DNA from: Dimorphilus gyrociliatus
Lineage: Eukaryota; Animalia; Annelida
Length of the DNA: 53,520 nt
NCBI GenBank assembly: GCA_904063045.1
Contig: CAJFCJ010000077.1
Coordinates: 21,229-74,748 of the forward strand
Direction of reading: 5' to 3'
Part shown: piece after piece, positions 34,001 through 44,468 of the stretch
How the letters are laid out: each line of letters starts with the position of its first letter
How positions within the stretch are numbered: position 1 is the first letter of the stretch
The notes under the pieces: model-generated
The model's database searches: none
What the model saw: only the letters and a program-made list of their open reading frames with translations
Told to the model about the DNA's origin: nothing
Position numbers and translations under genes: made by a program

Positions 34001-34235
34001 ATTGAAAAAAAAAAATACCAGAATTGCATACTCCACTATTAAATGGATGTTGACATTTGCAAATTCCATTATCACACCAGCCTTTATTGTGTAAGCAATC
34101 ATTTAAACTTTTGCAGTATTCTAAACAAGCATATTGTTCACATTTAATACTAAAAGAAACGAGTATTTTACCTGCAAAATTGATATTTATATACAAATAT
34201 AAAATAATGAAGTTATAGTAGTAGAGTTTTGTCAT
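31095..34235 (-). CDS. Multi-exon secreted lectin-like protein: signal peptide, EGF, PAN/apple, several F-type-lectin/galactose-binding-like domains and a terminal PAN/apple
   Basis: CLHNKGWCDNGICKCQHPFNSGVC (EGF). CFNECKKKNDCIAF..C and CLNFCKLNYCVFFSYNFNSKLC (PAN). AYLVDG..GRYLVF..LEITICEIEIY and LIGEFIELK (FTP/F5-8-like). Exon boundaries only partly resolved. Confidence 0.68.
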
Positions 34236-34520
34236 TGAAATTCAACAGTAATGTGTAACTTTGTCAGTTGTGATAATTAACACACCAACTGAATGGATGA
34301 TAACATTATAAACAGATAAACAATTATGTTTGTCGAGTCTCATTTATATATATAAATAATATGTTTCCGGTTAGTTAAAGCTGTTGTGTTTGATAGGAAA
34401 TTAATAAATTATTGATCCAATTGTTATATAATACTTGTTGTAATTTACAATTGCTTACTGAATTATATCTTATTTTCTTTCATAAAGAATGTACACTGTC
34501 AATTAAACATAATTTTCTAA

Positions 34521-34631
34521 GGAGTCTCTTGTCTAAGGGTTGGAGACAATGAAAGAAGTTGAGTACAGTCAATGGCTGGGTTATTGTTAAGGTTTTAAGC
34601 ATTGATTTGTGGACATTTTCTGCTAAATCCC
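34521..34631 (+). mobile_element. Degenerate right half of the TTAGGG-containing MITE
   Basis: agggttgg..gtacagtcaatggctgggtt..gatttgtggacattttctg aligns with 12976-13070. Confidence 0.7.
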
Positions 34632-34739
34632 TAAATCTTTAGACCATTTCCAGTGTTTTTTATTAAAAATAACTCAAATCTTTCATAGTGGTATCTTTAG
34701 ACAAAAGTAACATTACATATAACTACAAATAATTGAGTT

Positions 34740-35384
34740 TTTTAGACTAGATAGTTTGTAATAGCAGATTTCCAAATTACCAAACTAAAATCCAGCATTG
34801 AAAAGTAGAATACTTGTTCGAGTTTAGTTTTCATATACCTTGAGGTTACTTCTAACTTTCCAATCATCACTTTGCAGTTTGTGAACTGTTTAGTTCATGT
34901 TTATCTTTGATAATAGGATTTTACACATATTGAATAAGTGGCCCTTAATTGAAAATTGTTATCTGTACTTTGTTGTATTGTAATTGTAGGAATTTCTGGT
35001 TCGTCACAACTGTAATCGTCCTTTCCAATCATTTACCAACTTGCCAAAGTACTCAAACAAATAGAACCTTTAAAGTTTGTCCACAAATAGTCTAACAAAG
35101 GCAATTTCGGTAGAAATTAATTAACAAAACACCAGTATTTCGTGCAAAGAATATGTATTGAGTAAAATGAGCTTCTAGTTCTAAACAAGCTAGTTTAAAC
35201 AACTAGCTGACGATTAGAAAAGTGAACTATCAACTGTTAATTTCGTAGGGTTTATATACTCTTTTAAGGGTTGATAGTTGACAAATTTCAATGTTGACAA
35301 AAACAAAAGTAACATTTGAAGACAAAAAAAGAAAAGTTGTAAATATGGTCATGTTTTTATTGTTTTCCTCTTCTAAATAATAGT
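34740..35384 (-). repeat. Longest copy of the dispersed Tc1-like repeat family
   Basis: 34964-35384 matches the copies at 21161, 23598, 30869 and 15222. 34740-34960 is a diverged homolog (about 70% by eye) of the 18263/22790 inverted-duplication sequence. Confidence 0.75.
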
Positions 35385-36063
35385 TGAATTTCTCAGGTTG
35401 GAGAGTTGCATAAGATGTAACAATTTTAGTAGGACAAGTCCAACAATCAAGAAAACATGTAGATTGTATATTTGACTGTTTTTATATTCTACCTTAATAA
35501 TGATATTGAATTGATTGAGTTAGTAAATTTAGCATCAGCATATGCAGAGGAAGTATATCTGATTAATGCATGTTAAGAAGAACAGTATTGTGTATACAAT
35601 ACTGTTGAATAGTCAATATAATCTAAACTTAGAATTGAAGCATAATTGATAATTAATTGATAATTAATGCTAGGTTGCAAATAGCAAATATTCTTTATAT
35701 AATTTAATAGGTTTTATTGCTGCGTAATGTGTATGCACTGCCCTACGCGAAACTAGGTCACTACTGCTTATCTTTATCAGTGCTATCTGCATAGTACAAT
35801 ACTGGTTCAATACTACTTCTCTATTTTAGAATATAGCTGACGAATGTATGTGTACATTATCTGTTATATAGTCCGCGACAAAAATATTTGTATATGGAAA
35901 AAAAATAAAATTTATACAATTTTTACTATCTTTTTATCAAAGGTCAAGGTCAAAAATTAAAATTTCCTAAATTATAACCATTATTATAACCATACAATAA
36001 CATTTTTTACTGTGGTTAACCAATTTTTCTTATTCTGTTTGGAATATTAAATATTAAAAAAAT

Positions 36064-39000
36064 ATGGATTCAACAGATAAACTTACGTTTAATTACTATT
36101 TAGACGAGATTAAAACCTTATCAAATCAGGAAAGTATACTATTTCTAGCTTATATAGAGCAACTTGAAATTAATAGTTGGGCAAATGTGCAGGATATCAC
36201 TAACAAATTAAAAGATCCTTTGAAAAAAGAAAATATAATTAAAAATTTGCTTAACCACCTTAGTAAACTTTCAAAAGAGAAAACAATTAATATAATAAAA
36301 AAGATTGGTGAGGATGGTAATAAACAAGCTGAGGAATTGAGTGTTAAATTAAACGATCAATCTTCAGTTTGGGAGAAATTAGTAGCTGATACAAAGGAAG
36401 AAAGACAGAAGGATTGTGGTATGATTTCTTTACTTTCATTTAGTAGAGAAAAAAAAGTAAAAATCGAAGATATAAACACTCCAGTTAAACTATTAAAAAT
36501 TGAATATGAAAATATTTTAGAAAGAAAACTGGTAGATATAGACGCGCCTTATGAGAATTTTTTTAGAATATTCAATAGGGAATGTTACAACAAAATCTTG
36601 ATACAAGGTAAACCTGGTGGTGGAAAAAGTGTTCATATGAAAAGTATTCTATACAAATGGTCTAAAACTATTAAGAATAAAAGACTATTTCTATTTCTTA
36701 TTCTAAAGAATATTCAAGGAAACAAAAGCATTTATGAGGAGATAATTGAACAAAACTTTAAAAACATTCCATATATCAATTCTGAAATTATTGAATTATT
36801 TTTTAAGGAAAAGAGAAAAGATGTTGTATTACTTTTAGATGGAGCTGATGAATTTCATCTAGAAAATCATAAAATCAATGACATCATTTATCAATTACAA
36901 CCAAATCTTCCAACTGCAATATGGTCTCGTAAATGGAAAGCTCAAGAATTCGCAGATACTTGCGATATAGCATTTGAACTTATTGGATGGGATATTCCTC
37001 AAATCGAAAATTTCTTTACTAAATGCTTTATTAATGAACAAAAAAGTAAAATGTTTATTGAAGATGTTTTAGAAAAAAATTATAATATTCAAAAATTGTG
37101 TAGTTTACCTATTCTTGCAATGATTCTCTTCCATGTTTGGATAGAAGATGAAAAGATTTCCAATAAATCTCTATACAACATTTATAAAGATTTAGTTGAA
37201 ATTATTCTCAGAAAAAATGAAGTTATATTAAATGACTCGGATAGAAAAAATCTTTACCAATTGTGTTTTATAAACCTTTCAAAGAATAGAATTATCTTAC
37301 CTGAAAATGAAAAAGAACAAAAACTATTTCGGGAAGGTTTAAAAGGACTAATACAGATTTTTCCATCTGAATTTCATAAAACAGAATTACAATTCTATCA
37401 TTTATCATTTCAAGAATTTTTTTCAGCAGAATATATAATAGAATTACTGGAAAAAGAAGATGACGATGGTATAAATACAATGAGTAATTTGGATAATATT
37501 GTCACAGAAACAAATAATACTAGAATCTATAGTGTCATTGATTTTATAAAAGCTTACAGTCAATCTATGTTTAATGATATTATTCTCTCATCTGAACTGA
37601 TAAGAAAAATGTACAATTGTAGTCAAAATGTTGAAGAATTATTATGTCAAGATTGGGATGATTGCGATACAATAATCTTAGAAAATGATGATATTCATGA
37701 TTACATTCTGGAAATTTTATTAAATACGATTGGACAATTTTTAAAAGTAATTTTCATAAAAAATATAAATATGAATATAACATTATTCTTTCAATTAATT
37801 TTGAAAAATGCTAAGAATTTAAATAAACTCATTATTCATCATACCTATTTAAAATTTCAATATTCATACGAGATAGACTTAACTGAAAAATTATGGAATT
37901 TGGAAGAATTTGAAATAAACGATTGTTTTTTGAATAAACAAATTATGATAGATGTTGGTGAAATTTTAAAATTTTGTCCTTCAATAGAAAATTTTACATT
38001 AACAAATTGTACATTATTTGATGATGATCAGAATTTAAAAAGAATTTTTGATGGATTAATATCAAATTTAAAACTAATTAATATTTCAAATTGTAATTTA
38101 AATGATAAACAAAGTCAAATTATTGGTGAAAAACTTCAGTATAATTCAACATTAGAAAATATCGATTTATCATATAATAAACATATTGGGAATTTATTCA
38201 AAAAAATACTAGATGCTTTGGAAACTCCTTGGAAAAATCTTAAACAAATCAAATTGGCAGAATGTAATTTAAATATAGAACAAATTGAAGATCTTTACAA
38301 AATACTTCAAAACTGTTATTCTCTAAATGCTTTAGATTTAACAGGAAATCCAAATATTAGTGAATTGGCAAACAATTTTCAACTTGACTTTTTTAAAAAT
38401 ATTAAAAATATTTTTCTTAAAAATTGTTGTATTAAAAAAGATAATGGAATTTTTTTTGAATCTTGTTCAATGCTACAAAATTTGGATTTATCAGAAAATA
38501 GAATAATGGAAGATGGTTTTAAGAATATTTGTAATGGAATATCTTTATCACGCAATTCTATAAAACAAATAAATCTTGAAAGTTGTTTTCTGACTGAAGA
38601 ACAAGGCGAATGGTTTGGAGATTCCTTGAAAACTTGTACTTTATTAGAAAGAATTAATTTATCATTTAATAGAGTTGGTGAAAAAGCTTTTAAAAAAATA
38701 TTGGATGGATTATTGCCATCATCTACTAAATTAAAAGTAATAGAGTTAAAAAGTTGTTGTTTGACAATTGAAATTGTAGATTGCCTTTCAAGCACATTAC
38801 AAAAATGTACTTCATTACAAAGTATTGATTTATCTGAAAATGAGAAATTAGCAGATGGATTTCAATGTATATTTAAAAAATGTACAAAAGATTTAAAAAT
38901 TATTAAAATTTCAAAATGTAATATTAATGAAACAGATTTTGAAGATTTATTACTGAATTACAATTCATTAGAAGTTATTGATTTTTCTTTTAATGAAAAA

Positions 39001-39285
39001 ATTGGTAATGGATTTCAAAATATTTGTAAAAAATGGACAAATGGAATTTCTTCTCAACTAATTGAAATAAATTTATCTTATTGTAATCTTTCTGAAAACA
39101 ATGGAATATGGTTTGGAAAAATGCTTTGTTATTGCAAAAATATAATAAATCTAGATTTATCAGGAAATGATAAACTTGGAAATGGAATTGATGAAATTTT
39201 TAAATGCTTCAAATTGTGTATGAAATTAAAATTTATCAAATTATCAAATTGTGGAATTACTTTAACTTCCTGTACATTTATGTGA
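36064..39285 (+). CDS. NLR-like protein: N-terminal helical (death-fold-like) domain, NACHT and LRRs; single exon, intact
   Basis: Walker A ILIQGKPGGGKS, Walker B VVLLLDGADEF, FYHLSFQEFFSAEY and RNI-type LRRs; 1073 aa open. Confidence 0.93.
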   Translation: MDSTDKLTFNYYLDEIKTLSNQESILFLAYIEQLEINSWANVQDITNKLKDPLKKENIIKNLLNHLSKLSKEKTINIIKKIGEDGNKQAEELSVKLNDQSSVWEKLVADTKEERQKDCGMISLLSFSREKKVKIEDINTPVKLLKIEYENILERKLVDIDAPYENFFRIFNRECYNKILIQGKPGGGKSVHMKSILYKWSKTIKNKRLFLFLILKNIQGNKSIYEEIIEQNFKNIPYINSEIIELFFKEKRKDVVLLLDGADEFHLENHKINDIIYQLQPNLPTAIWSRKWKAQEFADTCDIAFELIGWDIPQIENFFTKCFINEQKSKMFIEDVLEKNYNIQKLCSLPILAMILFHVWIEDEKISNKSLYNIYKDLVEIILRKNEVILNDSDRKNLYQLCFINLSKNRIILPENEKEQKLFREGLKGLIQIFPSEFHKTELQFYHLSFQEFFSAEYIIELLEKEDDDGINTMSNLDNIVTETNNTRIYSVIDFIKAYSQSMFNDIILSSELIRKMYNCSQNVEELLCQDWDDCDTIILENDDIHDYILEILLNTIGQFLKVIFIKNINMNITLFFQLILKNAKNLNKLIIHHTYLKFQYSYEIDLTEKLWNLEEFEINDCFLNKQIMIDVGEILKFCPSIENFTLTNCTLFDDDQNLKRIFDGLISNLKLINISNCNLNDKQSQIIGEKLQYNSTLENIDLSYNKHIGNLFKKILDALETPWKNLKQIKLAECNLNIEQIEDLYKILQNCYSLNALDLTGNPNISELANNFQLDFFKNIKNIFLKNCCIKKDNGIFFESCSMLQNLDLSENRIMEDGFKNICNGISLSRNSIKQINLESCFLTEEQGEWFGDSLKTCTLLERINLSFNRVGEKAFKKILDGLLPSSTKLKVIELKSCCLTIEIVDCLSSTLQKCTSLQSIDLSENEKLADGFQCIFKKCTKDLKIIKISKCNINETDFEDLLLNYNSLEVIDFSFNEKIGNGFQNICKKWTNGISSQLIEINLSYCNLSENNGIWFGKMLCYCKNIINLDLSGNDKLGNGIDEIFKCFKLCMKLKFIKLSNCGITLTSCTFM

Positions 39286-39499
39286 AAATAATAAATTGCA
39301 AAATGAATTTTGAAGTTCTATTAGAGTTTTTTATAAAAAAGAATAGATGAATATTGCCACATGAAGTTGTGTATAGTAATATAGCTTAAACATAAAATAC
39401 AATGAAAGTTGTTCAATCTGTTTATTCTGAAGTTTCAATTAAAGGATATGTCTTTTTTCATTGGACATAATCAGTTCTATGATTTATTCATGAATAGTG

Positions 39500-39837
39500 T
39501 ATATGTGTTTCTTTTACATATTCAGATTGTTTATCATTCAGAGAACATTCCCCTTCAAGGTTAATTTGTTTTAAACTGTTGAAGAAGATTTTAGTCCATT
39601 ACATACCATTTTAAATCCATTTTTCTGACATCCATTACAAGCCAAATCAATGCTTTCTAACAATGAACAATGTGCAAGTGTTTCTCCTAGATATTTAGCT
39701 TGTTCATCATTCAAAGTACATTTTTCAATGTTTATTTGTTTTAAACTTTTTGCAGAAGATTTTAGTCCACTACATACCATTTTGAACCCATTTCCCATAC
39801 ATCTATTCCCAATCAAATTTATATTTTCAAACATTGA
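39500..39837 (-). pseudogene. Disabled LRR tail of the minus-strand NLR
   Basis: Same frame beyond the TGA (SMFENINLIGNRCMGNGFKMVCSGLKSSAKSLKQINIEKC..), then a 1-bp frameshift near 39575. Confidence 0.85.
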
Positions 39838-42822
39838 TCAATATTTAAGTGTTGTTCCTAGATATTTAGCTTGTTCATCATTCAAAAAACACTGTTCAAG
39901 GTTAATTTGTTTTAAATTCTTTGAGGAAGATCTGAGTCCTTCGCATATGACTAGAAATCCATGTCCCATATTACTGTTTTTTGATAAATCTAGATTCCTT
40001 AAGGAGAAACAATGTATTAAGTTTTTTCCTAACTTTAATGATATGTCAGGATTGAGTTTGCAATCTGATATATGAATATTTATCAGTGTACTTTTAAAGT
40101 TATTAAAATTTATATAAAGGTGGGGTTCAGGAAAGTTAAATATGATGAAATTTTTTAGATTTGTACATTTGGAAAGTAGATTAGGTGTTCTGCTATGTAA
40201 CCTTTGTAGTGTTGTATATTCACTTATATTAAATGTCTCTATGGTTTGGCTAAGTGCTTGAATAAAGTCCTCTAAAATGTTATATCTATCAATAAATTTG
40301 ATATCATATAATTCAACTGGAAAATGAAGCATAGAAATTAATTTTTTTTTCAATGCCCATTTTAAACATTCCAAAGTATCTTTTTTTAAAACTGTTAATG
40401 GTTCACTATTGACAGTTTCTTCCTCATTGACATTATTAAAGAAAATTTCAATATTCTGAATATTGAAAACTCTAATCTTTATAGTATTTAATAGTAAAAT
40501 ATTTTTATAATCAGACATAACTGTTTTGTGAGTTGTTATAGAAATATTTCCTACATAACTATAACAGTTTATGAAAAATTCATTATTTGGGTCTTTTATT
40601 GAACTATTATTTATCAGTATTTTCTTAAATCCATGTTGCTTTCTTTTAAATTTTAAAACTTCAAAAAAGCTATCCATTTCTTTTGCATAAAGAATTTTAT
40701 TTTTTATTATTATCTCATGAAGATATGGATGTTCTTTAATAAATTTTAATGGATATTCTTTGTAAAAAATTTCCGAATTGTATGATATATCAATTAAACT
40801 TGTAAATTGTCTTCCAAATACAACTTCAATCATCCAATTTGTCTGTAATTTATCACTGGAAATAGTTAATTTTTGAATTTTTTCTCCTGATGAAATATTT
40901 CGCTTTCGTTGTACTAATACTCTAGTAATATTAATATTTAAATATGTAATATTGGTAGAAGTTATCATTGCTAGGAGTTGTTCATAGATCATATTATAAG
41001 AAAAGTGAATATCCTTATTCTGTATATCAATGTTTTTTATTAATGGAGAATATAGAGTAAGTTGATTGAATAAATAATAAATACTAATTGATGTGTTGTA
41101 GATGTAAATATCCTGTAAATATCTTCCTCTAATTTCTATTAATAAGTTAATTAAAGTATCATTTAAATGTTCATTTTTTAAAGTAATCTCTTTGCAATTT
41201 TCTAAACCACTTGATAAATAATTTTGTACCTTATCACTACAATCAAACATTTGCTTAGCAATTCGTGAAGCGAGTAGAATATTTTGAAAAATTGTTTTAG
41301 AATATTGTTGAACAAAATCTAAAGTGTTGTATATCTTTATATTATTAATTTCTTTTAAAATTGAATCTAAACTTTTTTCTTCATTTGAACAAATTTCCAA
41401 TGTTGAAATATTTTGTTTATTTTTTCTTTGAAATACTTTTATTAAATATTTAGCTGAAAAGAATTCTTGAAAAGATAAATGATATAGTTGTAACTCTTTC
41501 TTTTTCAATTTACTTGGAACAATATCAATTAAACCTTTTAAACTTTTTTCAATAGCCTTTTCACCAACTGAATCCATATTAAAGATAATTTTACTCTTTG
41601 AAAGATTAATAAAACATAATTGATAAATTTCTTCAATGTCATATTGAATTTCATTTTCAGGTTCTAAATTTTTCTCTTGAACTATATTGATGAAATCATC
41701 ATAAATTTGAAATAGAGTTTTGTTAAAAATGTAACCTTTTTCTTTCCAAATATAAAATAGAATCATAGCTAAAAGTGGTATTTGGCATAAATTTTGTATT
41801 CTTGGATGTTTATTAACAATATTTTCAACAAATTGTATTGAATCTTCAATATTTTCTGTTAAAAAACATTTTTGAAAGAAAGTTTTCATTTGTTGATTAT
41901 TCCATCCAGTTAATTCAAATGCAATATCACAAGTACTTAGGATTTCTTCTCCTTTCCATTTTCTAGTCCAAATGGAAGTTGGAATATTGCAGTTCGCTCC
42001 GTTGATTATATCATTGAGTTTATGATTTGAAAATTGAAATTCATCTGCTCCATCTAGTAATAAGATTATATCTTTTGTCTTTTCTTTAAAAAATAGTTCA
42101 ATAATATTTTCATTAACATATTCAATATTTTTAAAATTTTGTTTACAAATCTCTTGATAAATTGTTGTGTCTTTTTCAACATTTCTTAAAATAATGAATA
42201 CACACAATTTTTCATGATTAGTATTCCATTGATTATTTGCCCACATATGAATTATATTTTTCATATGGACAATTTTCCCTATTCCTGGTTCTCCTTGAAT
42301 TAAAAGCTTATTAAAATCTGTATAAAACATTTTATAGAAGTTTTCATAATCTATTTCTGTATTGATGAGTTTTGAATCAATAATATCTTTTTGAACAATT
42401 TGTGATATTTTAATGGATGTAACAATATCAGTAAGTTTAACTTGTTTAGTTTTACCAAATGGTAGTAGCTTAACTGTTGAGAAATCTTTTCTTCTTTCTT
42501 GTTTTGTATCAGAAATCAATGTTTTCCATACACATTCAGGATTATTTAAATAGTGGACCAAATCTTTGCTAATATCACCCATATCTTGTAAAATATCAAC
42601 AATATGTATCAATTTAAAGTTTTTCAAAATTTTAATGAGCTGTACAATAGCTTCACTATTTTGTTTTTCATATTGATATTTTAGTAGATTATTTGCATCT
42701 ATGGAAATGAGTCTTTTTGAAACTAAATGATCACAAAACAATTCAAAGGCTAATGGCTGATTTAGTAAGATTTTAAAATTGTCAATATAAAAATTGAAGC
42801 ATAATTTTTGTATAGAATCCAT
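39838..42822 (-). CDS. NLR-like paralog: CARD/death-like, NACHT (degenerate P-loop GKI), long insert and LRRs; truncated by an in-frame TGA
   Basis: Probable ATG at 42822 (MDSIQKLCFNFY, paralogous to MDSTDKLTFNYY). LLIQGEPGIGKIVH, LLLDGADEF and YHLSFQEFF. TGA at 39838-39840 falls at a consensus Cys. Confidence 0.9.
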   Translation of the reverse strand: MDSIQKLCFNFYIDNFKILLNQPLAFELFCDHLVSKRLISIDANNLLKYQYEKQNSEAIVQLIKILKNFKLIHIVDILQDMGDISKDLVHYLNNPECVWKTLISDTKQERRKDFSTVKLLPFGKTKQVKLTDIVTSIKISQIVQKDIIDSKLINTEIDYENFYKMFYTDFNKLLIQGEPGIGKIVHMKNIIHMWANNQWNTNHEKLCVFIILRNVEKDTTIYQEICKQNFKNIEYVNENIIELFFKEKTKDIILLLDGADEFQFSNHKLNDIINGANCNIPTSIWTRKWKGEEILSTCDIAFELTGWNNQQMKTFFQKCFLTENIEDSIQFVENIVNKHPRIQNLCQIPLLAMILFYIWKEKGYIFNKTLFQIYDDFINIVQEKNLEPENEIQYDIEEIYQLCFINLSKSKIIFNMDSVGEKAIEKSLKGLIDIVPSKLKKKELQLYHLSFQEFFSAKYLIKVFQRKNKQNISTLEICSNEEKSLDSILKEINNIKIYNTLDFVQQYSKTIFQNILLASRIAKQMFDCSDKVQNYLSSGLENCKEITLKNEHLNDTLINLLIEIRGRYLQDIYIYNTSISIYYLFNQLTLYSPLIKNIDIQNKDIHFSYNMIYEQLLAMITSTNITYLNINITRVLVQRKRNISSGEKIQKLTISSDKLQTNWMIEVVFGRQFTSLIDISYNSEIFYKEYPLKFIKEHPYLHEIIIKNKILYAKEMDSFFEVLKFKRKQHGFKKILINNSSIKDPNNEFFINCYSYVGNISITTHKTVMSDYKNILLLNTIKIRVFNIQNIEIFFNNVNEEETVNSEPLTVLKKDTLECLKWALKKKLISMLHFPVELYDIKFIDRYNILEDFIQALSQTIETFNISEYTTLQRLHSRTPNLLSKCTNLKNFIIFNFPEPHLYINFNNFKSTLINIHISDCKLNPDISLKLGKNLIHCFSLRNLDLSKNSNMGHGFLVICEGLRSSSKNLKQINLEQCFLNDEQAKYLGTTLKY

Positions 42823-44198
42823 TTTGTAATTGCTCTTTAAAAAAGTTATGTTATCTGGATGTTTAAATATTATCTGTAAAATAAATTTATTTCTATTAAG
42901 TGAAACTCCAAGCAAAAAGAGAAGTGAATTTTTACTAGTGTATCTACAATGGCATAGAATTCATGAATCTTAAAAAGCATTTCAAAAGTGCACAACATAA
43001 AAAACACATTATAAAAATTTTTGCTTAGTCATGATTATTGTTCTGCAGGTATAGAGACCTACTAAAAATTTTATTACTTGTTTATAGACAATAAAATGTG
43101 TTTCTAATTAACAATCTCTAACAGTAAAGTTCCTTTATAGCAATTTATTTTTAAAAACTACAGGAAATGGAAATACTGTACAATCATTAATATGATTATT
43201 AAAAAAAATGAATAAATTTGTAAAAGAAAAACTTACATATTACTCCTTTTAAGTTGTTTAATGATGCTTGTTTAGTGGTTGAGCTCTTCATATTACAATT
43301 CTAGAAATATGTAAATTTGACACAACATTCCTTGAAATAAATAGTTAACAGTAGCATTCTGCACAATGCCCAACCAGGTGTGTAGGTAGATACACAAAGT
43401 CGCCTTTGGGGTTTACACACTGTACATTCATTTATAATGACATTTTCATATTTAGACTGTATATATTACTGCTAAGGTCTGAGTTTGGCCAAATGGTGAT
43501 TGGCCAAATTTTGTTTTCAGCCTGTCATCCAGGCCTCTTTTGGTGTGTCCTATGCACCTATTCACTGTTTCCAGCTTCTGTGTCACACTCATTTTTCCTG
43601 CGTTCTTCGCCGTTACAAAGTTATTTCAGAGAGTAAACAAAATTTGATATTTTACAAGATTTTGCTTCCTTGTATTATGAATTTATAAAGAAAAAAAAAT
43701 TTTAATCTCCTTCAAAGTTTTGCCATAGTAAAAATGCTATTTGAGAGAAATTTGAAAAACAGTTTCTTTACTCAAGTTGCATATTAGCAAAATATCAAAT
43801 ATATTATTCTGCTCTAATATTACTTTGTTTAATTGCTTGAGAATATTCTTTAAATGTGCTGAAGATTTTTAAGGTTTTCTAGTGTTTTTCTTAAATATAT
43901 TTAATACACAAAACACTATTGAAATTACTGATACAACTGTCACTTCTTTTGGATAATTTAATACATAAATTGAGTAGTAATGGAATTTATCCTATATAGA
44001 GAAAAGTATAATATTGAGTAATTAGTAAGTAAAAATATGGTAAACTACCAACTTGAAATATTATCATTAAAAGGAGAAATTGTGAAGCAACAAAGAAAAT
44101 TACAGCTAATATCTATGAATAGAATTTACTAGAAATTGAAACAAGGGCAGTAAAATGTCAAGTGTATCTATGAACTAACTTTTACACTTACTATTTCT

Positions 44199-44468
44199 TT
44201 GGAACAAAGAAGAGGAGAATCGTTAAAAGAAACACTTGAATCCACCAAGATCAGTTTCCTGCTGCCTACAACTATCAAGGTTCTGGAATACACCACAATC
44301 ATTCAGTTTGGCAAACTATATTGGCAACCTCCGAATATGAAAATTACAACTAACCTGGACTACCTGGAAGATTGTTTACCAGAGCAGTCCTATTGTGAAA
44401 CAGAAGAAGCAATTATTGTCTTAAGAAACCTCAAAAATAATTACACAGGTGGGCAACAATCACCATAG
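44199..44468 (+). mobile_element. Envelope/glycoprotein-like retroelement fragment
   Basis: GKLYW..LEDCLPEQSYCETEEAIIV resembles the Cys-spaced pattern of retroelement env-like glycoproteins; an isolated fragment. Confidence 0.3.

Noticed and set aside
9507-39840. TGA recoding to Cys/Sec suggested by in-frame TGAs at Cys-like positions (10759, 11017, 11638, 39838)
   Set aside because: TGA terminates intact genes here (caspase 4565-4567, NLR 39283-39285). TAG lesions and frameshifts co-occur, and TGT/TGC-to-TGA is the expected nonsense path in Cys-rich genes.
43360-43620. Possible solo LTR ending in ..CGTTACA
   Set aside because: No matching 5' TG end, TSD or second copy could be identified.
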